Shown here: in pieces, positions 1 to 11,973 of the stretch
Layout: the number at the start of each line of letters is the position of its first letter
Numbering within the stretch: the first letter of the stretch is position 1
Assembly: GCA_965649825.1 (NCBI GenBank)
Contig: OZ287706.1
Location: forward strand, 868,001-932,000
Direction: 5' to 3'
DNA: 64,000 nucleotides
Source of the DNA: Penicillus capitatus
Taxonomy: Eukaryota; Plantae; Chlorophyta
Notes under the pieces: generated by a model
What the model was told of the DNA's origin: nothing
The model's input: the letters and a program-made list of their open reading frames with translations, nothing else
The model's database searches: none
Translations under genes and position numbers: made by a program

Positions 1-32
1 AGGCATTTCGTGCATCCGCATCCGAGCCTTCT

Positions 33-3000
33 TCAGATCCACTTCTTCTTCTTGTAGCAGAAAGATTCGTTTCCGTCTTCGGCCATGTGCCAGCAACAGT
101 CGCTGTTGAAGCAGTCCTCTTCCGTGATGTCGTCCTCCCCACACTTCTCTTTCTTGATAACGGCGCAGTGCAGCACGTGCATCATGGCTTCCTTTTCAGA
201 TCCAGAGTAGGTGGCCATCATTGTCGTCTTCTTAATTGTGTGTGTCTCCTTTCCAATAGAAGATGCATCACCCTTTCCGCCATGACTTGCAGCTTCTGGT
301 TCTTCCTTCTCTGAAGTGCCTTCCTCCGTTACCGTCTTGCTCGTCGTCGACTGCACAGTCGTCGTCTCAGACGAGGAACCGCCGGCTTCAGATTCGACCT
401 CCTTCTCCGAGCTGCCTATCGCGACACCTTCCTTCTTGCCGACAACCTCGGCGCCTTCCTCCGTTACCGTCTTGCTCGTCGTCGACTGCACGGTCGTCGT
501 CGTCGTCTCAGACGAAGAACCGCCGGCTTCAGATTCGACCTCCTTCTCCGAGCTGCCTTTCGCGACGCCTTCCTCCGTTACCGTCTTGCTCGTCGTCGAG
601 TGCTTTGCAGTTGTGGATTTGGAAGCGTCTCCGCTAGAAGTCGAGGACTTAACCTCCGTTCCTTCTTTTGCGCTGACTGTTTCAACACCTTCCAAAACTT
701 CAGAAGCTACGCCCTCGATCTCAGCTTTCTTTTCAGTACTGCTGCTGCTGCCTTCTTCAACCCCCTTCGCTTCTTCCGAACCTTCTTCTGTTGTCTCGCC
801 CTCTGTGCTGCTGCTGATCGTTGTTTTCTTCGTTGTGGTCGTTTCAGAAGAATAGTCGTGCTCATGCAATCCACCATGTTTAGAATGGCCACCAGCTGCA
901 CTGGATTCGTCTTCAGTTTTTACGTCGACAACCTCCGCAGTCTTTTCAGTCTCAGACGTGCTCGTCGTGGAATGCTCCGTCGAGTCTCCACCGATCTCCC
1001 CCTTGGTCACTTTTTCGGAACTGCCTTCTACGACGTCTTCTTTCTCCGCGACGACTTTTCCGGCTTTTTCCGTCGCCGTCTTGCTCGCCGTCTTTGTCGT
1101 CTCGGACTCCGTTTCAAGTTTCGCGTCAGCACCGGATTCGCCCGAGACAGATTCGGCTTCCTTCTCACTTTCAGTTTTATGCGAACCAACACTCTCCTCT
1201 TTCGTCGTCTTCGTGCTGACCTCATACTTACAGTAATCTTCACCGCAAGAAGTTTCATCTTTTTTCGCCGAAGAAACCTCGACTTCATGAATTTCAGTCT
1301 CCGAAGACGTCACCGACTCTTTGGATTCATCCTCGATAACTTCAACTCCAACGAATTGCTCCTCCAGGGTTTCTTTTGCTTTTTCTTTGCTCTCGCATCC
1401 CAAGCATTTCTCTGAGCCAACCTTCTTCGTGACGCCTCCGGAATGACGTCCACGTCGTATTGCTGTTTCGTCTCCATGTGCCTTTGCAGCGTACTCTTTC
1501 GTCGCTTCTGTCTTCTTGGCAGTAGCGGACGACACGACTTCATCCAGAATATCGTCTTCCTCGTCGACGATCACTGCACTTGCACCTCCAACCGATTCTC
1601 TTGTCTCTTCTTTCTCTTTACGCGATTTTGCCTGTCCTCCTTCGATCTGATGATGGACGGATGGTTCCGTGCTACTTACAGGAATAAACTCCGCATCATC
1701 GTCTGTGGAATCAAACGCGTCAGCTGACGTCTCTGAGGGCACCGCAACTCTATATTCTTCTAGGAGCTCCTCGACGTAATCTCCACCCACAACGTCATCC
1801 TCTGGCTTCTCCTCCACCTTGGTCTTCTCGTACGGAGATGGCTCTGGCTTCTCCTCCACCTTGGTCTTCTCGTGCGGAGATGGCTCTGGCTTCTCCTCCA
1901 CCTTGGTCTTCTCGTACGGAGATGGCTCTGGCTTCTCCTCCACCTTGGTCTTCTCGTGCGGAGATGGCTCTGGCTTCTCCTCCACCTTGGTCTTCTCGTG
2001 CGGAGATGGCTCTGGCTTCTCCTTCGACACGACGTGTCCACAGTCATCACTGTTTTTGTAGAAGCACCAAGGTTCTACAGAGCCTTCTTCCAATGGGGAC
2101 CAACAGCAACCCTTGGATACACATTCCTTCTCATCAATTCCGATGTATCCTGAAGAATCGAACACGTTTATCTGATGAAGCACAAACCGGGTACTGGACT
2201 CTTACCGCAGTTAATGCGTCCCTCGTCTGCTGCACAACATTTTCCTACGCCTGCATTCTTATAGAAGCACCATGGATCATCGGATCCCTCCTCTAATGGA
2301 CTCCAGCAACAGTTTTTGTCTTCACACTCTTTCTCTTGGATTCCATAGTAGCCGCAGTCGATGCGTTCATCATCTTCGGAGCAGATGTCTTGAGAGGGAT
2401 CAATACAGTTCTTCCTGTAGCACCAGGGTTCCTCAGAATGCTCTCCGAGAGGTCCCCAACAACACTTCCGTTTCTCACACTCATCTTTCGTGATTCCATA
2501 GAATCCTGTCACAGAAGACGATGAGATCTTTACAGCAAATGAGCAATACCTACCACATTCGATTCGGGTTTCTCGTGGGCAGCAAGCGTCATAGGCACTC
2601 TTCCCACCATTCTTGAAAAAGCACCATGGATCTTTGGACCCTTCATGTAATGGACTCCAACAGCATCCTCTTCTCTTGCACTCCGACTCCTTTGTCTTGT
2701 AATTGCCACACTCTATGCGCGGGAGTCTTGCCGAACACTTCTTCAGAGAAGGATTTCTGCAGTTCTTGTGGTAACACCACGGAACACCCGACTGCTGATT
2801 CGGATCCCAACAGCAGCCTCTTCCCAGACACTCTCCTTCGTCAATGCCATAATAGCCTGTTCGGCACACAGAACACGTCAAAGGCGCACCCGTGGCCGAC
2901 TCCTGCGTCTTACCGCAGTCCGTTCGATAAGTCGCTGGGCAGCATGCGTCGTAGCCGTTCTTTGCGTCGACTGCTGAGTCAGTCGGCGTTTGCGCCGCGT

Positions 3001-3671
3001 CTCCGCGTCCCGAGTTCGATGGTTTGTAGCACCACGGTTCGTTTGACCCGTCAGAAAGCGGAGACCAACAGCAATCACGCCCCTCGCACTCGTCTTGCTG
3101 GATACCGGTGTAACCTACAGCACAATGAAGAACGGCTACATCACCGCCGTCACGAAAAACCAAACGCACCGCAATCTTCGCGAGACTCATCCGTTGGACA
3201 GCGTCGCGGGTCCATGTTCGTATTGTAGAAAAAGCAATAGGGTTCGCCCGGCTTCTCGTTCCAGCAGCATTCGCGGTCGACGCATTCCTTTTCGGTAATT
3301 CCAAAGTGTCCTGAGAGGCAACATCGTCTCACCACAGACCAAGTGCATCAACGGTCTACCGCAGTCCGAACGCTCTGCCGTATCCGAGCAGTACTTGTAT
3401 TCTTCGTTTGGATAGAAACACCATGGAGAACCCGGAGGAACGTTGGAATTCCAGCAGCACTGTTGTTTCCCTTCACATTCTTCCTTTGTGATTCCATAGT
3501 GTCCTGGATGCGCTCTGAGCCACGGCGGTAGACAAGCAGTCGTTTACCGCAGTCGACGAGAGAACCCTCAGTCGAACACGTCGCGCCGTCGACGTGGGAC
3601 AGGTGCGTAACAAAGAGAAGAAGGGCGAGCAACGCAGGAACGGCCCATTGCTCTGTCGGACGCCACATCAT
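33..3671 (-). CDS. Secreted multi-trefoil (P-type) domain protein with long acidic Glu/Ser/Thr/Lys-rich region (multi-exon)
   Basis: Signal peptide MMWRPTEQWAVPALLALLLFVTHLSHVDG starts at 3671. About 8 units of C-x-R-x-DCG-[YF]xGI-x3-EC-x3-CCW-x-PWC[FY] occur across ORFs 3348-4013, 3150-3335, 2168-3304 and 33-2183. These are followed by about 620 aa of low-complexity sequence and a ninth trefoil-like unit at the C-terminus. Exon boundaries are approximate. Confidence 0.75.
1801..2020 (-). repeat. Coding tandem repeat, 42-bp unit x5 (VEEKPEPSP[H/Y]EKTK)
   Basis: The unit tctggcttctcctccaccttggtcttctcgt[a/g]cggagatggc repeats directly, in frame, within ORF 33-2183. Confidence 0.95.
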
Positions 3672-4424
3672 TTTTTGCGCTGGCGACAAAACGCGTGCAA
3701 GAAAACAAAAAGGCTGCGCATTGCATGTGCCGCCGCCTTTTATGCTGACGGCGCGTGCCCAACCGTCGCTATCCGTTATCGAGAATGTTCTGTGCCAGGA
3801 TCTCGAGGAACTTGTCATGAATAAGGTCCGCGGCTCCAGAACTTCGCAAAGGGCGAGCAAGGGCAGGAGACAGACACCTCTCGCGTGTTTGCAGACATCC
3901 CGGTATTGTTTTGCTAACGTCCCTCTTGAATTATCGGACAGATGCCATGGTATCCCTTGGGCAATGCCATCGTGGTCGATGGGATTTGCTTCCCCAGGAA
4001 TCGCCCCTGTCACCGAGACACGCGTGCAAGGGCGCTAGACAACGGCGTGCGGACTTGAGATGAGATCGAATGCCGCATCTGGATCGTCCACTTTTCCGAT
4101 TCCTGTCTCGATGGCGGCTTCCTGATATGGGCTTCGTGGTAGAGCGTCATGCGATTGGAGACGGGAAATCCGTGACGCGTTGCCAGACGCCTCTCTTTTT
4201 CGTTTCTTGCGTAAGTCTCTTGGAAAACCGGAGTCTCGGCGTTCAGCATGACCAGATTGTTGCCACAAAGAATCGATGCCTCGGGGTTCTCCATCGTTGT
4301 CTGCGGCAGCCCTTTGTGAGATGCATGATAGGCAAACTGCGGCGTCTGCAACTGCAGACCCGTCTCTCTGGGAAGGCCTCTCAACGATTCCTGCCTGGCA
4401 TCCTTTTTTCGCTGAAGACGTTTT

Positions 4425-6277
<1,853 letters not shown>

Positions 6278-6410
6278 TCACAAAATATCTATTCGTTACG
6301 ACAATGACCATGAGCACAGACGTCGATCGCCCGTAAAAGCAGAAAATAAAAGACTTTAATGAGTGTCGTTTGCGTGGGGAGTCGGCGAATGTGGTGTCGC
6401 ACGACAGAAT

Positions 6411-7689
6411 TCATGAATCCTCTGCCGTCACGGACACCAGAATCCTCCCCGAGACGGTGGTCTGTCGATCTTCTTTCTTTCCAGGACCCAAATCAAACCA
6501 AAAATCGTGTGTTCCTGGGCCGGTGTTGTACAGGGCACTTGCAGGAATCCGAACGGCTCCCATGAAATCGTCTTTCGAGATAGGATCGCGATCGTACACT
6601 GCAATCTTCAAAGCCTTCGGTTCCGATTCGCTTATGCGTCCCAAATCGAAAGCAGCTTCGTTCCATGTCGGATTCAGCGACCTCTTGACGAATTCTGATT
6701 TGAATGTCCTCTTCTTGAACTTCAGAGTGAAGTAGGGGTCAGATGATGCCTCCCTTCCGAATCTGGCGGCATCCTTTGCAGCCAACTCTGCCCCCTGCGT
6801 CACACGGACACTCACGTTCCTTAGCAGTGGCGGAAAGGAGATGTTCGACTGCAGGAACTCCAAGTTTGCAGGATTCTGAAAAACACATATGGCGGTGCCG
6901 TCGTGTAGGTACAAGGAATGAGACACTTACCTGTACGACGTCCTGGATGGTCTGGCCCGTAGCAGGAATCCCGAGTGCCTTGAAGCTCCAGTAAGCACCT
7001 TTCCTCGTCATCACTCCCATCAACATCGCTCTACCGACCAGCTGGTTCAGCTCAAACTGGCACATGATGTGTCCCTTGTACTTTGGCTTCCCGTGCATCA
7101 TCCTCACATACGCTCTGCGCAGCTACACAGAGAAAAGGACGTGCAGAAGACACATAGGACACTGCAGACGGACTTGATCGAAGGAGAATCCGTCACTGTA
7201 GATGCAGACGGCGAAGAGGATGTGGTGCACCCTCAACGGGATGTCTGTTATGTCGACTGTGATGATCTCATCATCGCCACCCCCTTCGCCTGTCGTGTCG
7301 TCGCCCGAATGCTTGACACTTTTGCATGTGCTCTTGAGATTGTGCCACCAGACGAGGTCCACCACGTCGTGCTGGGAACCAATGAGGGCTGCAGAGGCAT
7401 CCACATCCACTCCTCTACAGCGAAACCCGGTATCCCTCTCGAACATTCGGCGTCACACGCGCTCACTCGTCCCAGCCGAGCCCCAGGGAGACTTTGTTGA
7501 CCGAAGGATGAATCATGTATTCTTCGTGCGGTGTCAGTCCGACGGTTTGCAGCCAGTCTCGCACTTCCGGAGGCGGCGCCGGTTTCACCAATCCTGCACG
7601 ACGCCTCCTCACCTCAGCGAGACAGCTAGCAGCTCTTCACCTTTGCCTTCCCAGTTCGTGTAGTAGTCTGCGTTCGTCGGCGTTTCCAT
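6411..7689 (-). CDS. TerD-domain plus C-terminal C2-domain protein (multi-exon)
   Basis: TerD motifs are SLGLGWD, VDVDASAALI, HSGDDTTGEGGGDDEIITVDITDIP..ILFAVCIYS and WSFKALG. The C2 domain reads SSDPYFTLKF...RSLNPTWNE...IAVYDRDPISKDDFMG. The first exon, METPTNADYYTNWEGK, splices via a 47-bp GT-AG intron. Confidence 0.8.
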
Positions 7690-7732
7690 TCTCTCCTGGT
7701 TGTCGTGCGCGTTACGTCAATCTGCTACAAGA

Positions 7733-10196
7733 ATGATTACTAAGCCGTTGACATGGGCGGTGCACTTGGAGAAGGAAAACGTCGTTCCGATCTTCTCTAT
7801 CGATATCTCTCCCCGCGGAAATGCATTTGCGACCGGCGGTGACGATGGCGTCGTTAACGTCTGGAGCTTCGCCAAAGCGCTCTCCTCTTCCAACGACACT
7901 TCGCTGCTCGCCGAGATCAAAGTTCACGAGAAGCCTGTGAACTCCGTTCGATTCAATCACACTGGCCGTCTCTTGGCCTCGGGAGGGTCGGACGGCGTTG
8001 TCAGTGTTGCCGCATGGGTGCCTTCCAACGAACCTTCGTGGCGCCCATTTCGCAAGTGGCATCAGCAGAAGCTCGACGTCTCGGAAGTCGCATGGGGCAC
8101 CACCACACGGCGACATATGCTCGCCAGTTGCAGTCTGGACGGGACGATCATCATCTGGGATGTCGAACGGGGAGAGACCTGTCACATCATTACCGGCCAC
8201 AAGAATATGGTCAAGGGCGTGGCATGGGATCCACTCGGTCAGTTCCTCGCGAGTCAGGCCGATGCCGAAGGAGTCTTCATTTGGCGGACCTCGGACTGGA
8301 AGTGCATCCAACAGATCTCGGAGCCGTTCAAAGAGGCCGTCGATCTGTCGGATCACTTGAGACTGTCATGGTCGCCGAACGGGATGTATCTCACTGGCGT
8401 CCAGGCGCACGTCCTGCCTCAGCCTTATGTCGCCGTCCTGAGTCGAGATCGATGGAATGTCGAGTTCTGTATTGTGGGCCACCGTTCGGGTGTGTCTATT
8501 TCGAAATGGAATCCGCGTTTCTTTCACCCTCGTGGCAGCAAGGACGCGATGGAATCGGATTCGGCTAAGCTGGCGATGTGTCTATGCCTTGGCAGTCTGG
8601 ATCGATCGTTTAGTCTGTGGCTGCAGACCGAGGAGCGTCCCATTCTCCATATGGACGGCTTCTTCGAGAATCGCATATCGGACATTGCATGGAGCGCCGA
8701 TGGTTACACGTGTCTGGTTGCATCGCGAGACGGTTGTGTGGCGCTCTGTAACTTTACGGAGGAGGAATTGGGAGCGGCAGCCTCGCATCAAGTCTCCCCC
8801 ATGGACGTTTTCCCATCTTCTTCCAAAATGCCGGTGGCTGAGAACCTCAACCTGTGGATGCTGGAACAGAACCGCGGTGCAGCTGCGCCTTCCGTGGAGC
8901 CCCAGGAGAAGAGAGGACGATTGGAGGCAGAGCCTGGTGTTCCCGAAATGCAATCAAAGCGACAGAAGAAAGTGAGTGGCAACGAGGTGCTCCTTTCGCG
9001 CATGACCCTTGAATCCACACCGCCCCCTCCGCTAAGACTTGCCTCGAAGCCGACATCTGTGCAGCAGCTGCCGAAGGAGAGCCTTCGCGGGAAGGAGAGA
9101 CGAAACAAGACGTCGTTTCTGCATTTCTGTGGCAGAAGGGAGATGCCAGATGGATCGTCGTCGGATGTTCAGCTGGCTGTGGAGAATGCCATGAGCAACA
9201 AACAGTGCACCATTGTGTGCACCGAGGGATCGAATGAAGTGTGGAGAGATGAGATTTCAGACAGAGCAGTGGCCGTCGCTGGAAATCTGAAATTCAGCGT
9301 CGTTGCGACAAACGCTTCGTCTCTTCATGTCGTGTGCTCGTCGTCTATAGGACGTTCTGCTCAATGAGATGCTGTTGTAGGTGTTTGACGAGGTGGGCAT
9401 GTATCTGATACCTTCTTTGCAGCTTCCTTCGTCCATCTCACTCCTACAGGCCGATGACGAATGGCGTCTTATGGCGTTGACCAAGTGTGGAGAGCTGAGT
9501 CTCTGGCATCTACAGACAAGGCGCCTTGTCTGTCGCGCCTCTGTCTGCTCGCTCTGCAAGGAAGCCCAACGTGGGGTCTTTTCTTAGCATCCTTCACCGA
9601 ATGCAGGTGTTTGTGTGTGCAGTGTCAACCATCCACTTTAGCTCCAACTCCTTGCCAATTGCCGTGCTTTCGGACGGGCATGCTTATCTCTACAATACTT
9701 CCCTCGAAGCATGGACCCTCATTTCAGATCCATCACAGAGACAGACCGGTCATCAAGCAGCGCAGATGGATACAGGTAAGCCATCACAGTGATCATTCTC
9801 AAAGACAGCGAACGATTTGTTTGTCGACTAGATGAGACGAGCGATATTGAACTCGATGCATTATCCTTGCATGCCAGTCAGGCAGATGTGAAGCATCATC
9901 TGGAACAGGGAATCATGAACGCGATCGAGCTGCAGTCCCCAACAGACTATCGCAAGTGGACGCTGGCTTACGTCCGTTTCCTGATCTCTCGTGCCACACG
10001 ATGCCATTCCGTCACCAAGGACGAGGAGACGAAGCTCCGAAAGATCTGCATGGATCTACTGCAGGGACGAAACGGAGAGATGCTGGGAGGGGAGCCCGTC
10101 TCTTTTCTCCGTCAAGACATCCTCCCAGAGATCATGCGATCGCGCGATCTACAGCGACTGGCCGAAGAGATCTGGGACTGGATAGAACGTCTGTAA
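7733..10196 (+). CDS. HIRA: Histone chaperone HIRA (WD40 plus Hira C-terminal domain), multi-exon
   Basis: MITKPLTWAVH...PIFSIDISP..FATGGDD, GHKNMVKGVAWDPLGQFLASQADAE, LRLSWSPNG and SDIAWSADG. The C-terminus has LSDGHAYLYNTSLEAW and LEQGIMNAIELQSPTDYRKWTLAYVRFL. Confidence 0.9.
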
Positions 10197-10327
10197 ACCC
10201 CTCCTGCATAGATTTCAAACACTCTCGTCTGTTCAAAAAACATCACCCGCAAACACCCGCACAGCAAAGTGCTTATAAACCCATCCATCTCTCAATCAAA
10301 AAAATGCGCACGTAATGGATCGAAAAC

Positions 10328-11593
10328 TTAGAGGTCGTAAACGATCTCGACCATGTGTCCGGTGTATCCGCGTGAGTAACACGCAATTGTCGTTCCTCCT
10401 GTCACCACGCATGATGGCTTTTCGATCATGGCATAGGAAGAGGAGAACCAGTCCGACCAAGAATTGTCGACGAACGACTTGCGCATGAGAGTACGATCGA
10501 CACCGATCAGAAAACAGTGTATCGCCTCGTCTTCGATTGCAATACATTCCGGAGCGGACACGAAGCTGCCGCCGAGATCCTCCCATTCCTCCCACTCCTC
10601 TTCCACAAAGGCTCGGTGCATGAGCTGATTGCCGACGCCAAGGACGAAGATGTCGGCACGATCGTAGTCCCAGCTCGTCACGGAGATGCGATGCTTTCCC
10701 ATTCCACCCGCTCCCGGCTGCATTTTCCATTCTCCCCCGAAAACCCACATCTCATGCGCCACAGAGTTGTCGGATGCCAAGGCGAAACAGTCTTCGGCAT
10801 CGCCATCCCCGCGTTCGGTGCATGTCGGAGGTGATGACATACCCTCCAGCTGGAGCTTCTTTGGTGGTTCCCATTTGCCATAGCGCGAACGGTCCACATA
10901 CCAAAGCGAATTGTCCAATGCCCGATAGAAGCAGGTAACACCTCCGCTGGCACGCATAAAGACAGACGGCACTTCCAGTGCCATGGCATTCTCGATCGTC
11001 TCCCATTCCGTCCATTCACCGCCTCTGATCATTCTGGTCATCAAATGGTTCGACTGGTTCAAGGTCATGAGGGTGAATTTGTTGCTAGACTTGGCCACAG
11101 GAATCACTTCATCGCGTACTTTTCCTTTACTGTCGATTGAATTCTGCGGTGCACCGTCCTTTGTCTTCTTGTGGATAACCGTCTGCGTCTCATAGTTGAC
11201 GTAGAAGCAGTCCACTTGTCCTCTTTTGAAAGAAACACAGTTCGGCAGAGACGAGAGGAGATCGCCGGTGATGAGTTCACAGGATTTCACTGCCGGGTCT
11301 TTCGCCTCGTTGCTGAACGAGGCACGGGCATGATGAAGAGACGCGAGCGGAATCTTCTTCGGACGATGTTCAAGAGCGCAGGGGCAGCAGTTTTCGCGAG
11401 TGGCTCGACGATCCACCTCGGCTTCCTCCAAAACGCAAGGACAGCAGAACTCTCCGTTTTTCAAGGCCTTGGCGAGGAGGAGGTCGTTCCGTGTGACCGC
11501 TTCATGTTCGGTGTAGCCGAACGATACAACTGCAAAGAACAGAACGGCGCAGACACACGCCAGACACGGGCTGCAGATGAAGTTGGTACGCAT
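10328..11593 (-). CDS. Secreted, intronless beta-propeller lectin-like protein (PLL/fucose-binding lectin-type repeats)
   Basis: This is a single 421-aa ORF with a hydrophobic N-terminal signal. It has repeats such as SVTSWDYDRADIFVLGVGNQLMHRAFVEEEWEEWEDLGGSFVSAP, which match the SW-x-x-R-x-DVF-x-x-G-x-D-x-x-L-x-H-x-W-x-WE-x-LGG-x-SAP blade of bacterial PLL-like lectins. The family call is by motif recall only. Confidence 0.6.
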   Translation of the reverse strand: MRTNFICSPCLACVCAVLFFAVVSFGYTEHEAVTRNDLLLAKALKNGEFCCPCVLEEAEVDRRATRENCCPCALEHRPKKIPLASLHHARASFSNEAKDPAVKSCELITGDLLSSLPNCVSFKRGQVDCFYVNYETQTVIHKKTKDGAPQNSIDSKGKVRDEVIPVAKSSNKFTLMTLNQSNHLMTRMIRGGEWTEWETIENAMALEVPSVFMRASGGVTCFYRALDNSLWYVDRSRYGKWEPPKKLQLEGMSSPPTCTERGDGDAEDCFALASDNSVAHEMWVFGGEWKMQPGAGGMGKHRISVTSWDYDRADIFVLGVGNQLMHRAFVEEEWEEWEDLGGSFVSAPECIAIEDEAIHCFLIGVDRTLMRKSFVDNSWSDWFSSSYAMIEKPSCVVTGGTTIACYSRGYTGHMVEIVYDL

Positions 11594-11973
11594 GGCTAAA
11601 AAGCACAGGTCCTCAGAAGAGCAGTTAACAAACGACGTATATATAGGCGGCTCCTTGCCTCTTTGGGATCAAGCGCGTCAAGCAACGGGCGTTTGTGGAC
11701 TGCAAAGGCATATCGGAACGAAGGGTCTTTCGCGTGGGCCACGTATTCATTATTGAATTGTACGCGTTTGATGGATTGGCCGATGGAGAAAGACCCAAAG
11801 AGGCGACGTTTAGGAAATGGCAGTCAGATGATCCGTTAGATCCAAAAGACGAGACGGGATCGGTACATGCAACAGGTTTTTTTTGAGACAAACCTCAACG
11901 AAATCAACTGCATTGACCTTCGGGCAGAGGCCTGTCCTCCACGACGTCACAGCATTTCGTCTTCTGGCTGTCG

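Noticed and set aside
6411-7689. Bacterial ter operon or contaminant contig
   Set aside because: It is a single gene with typical short spliceosomal introns, has no other ter genes, and sits between eukaryotic CDKL5 and HIRA.
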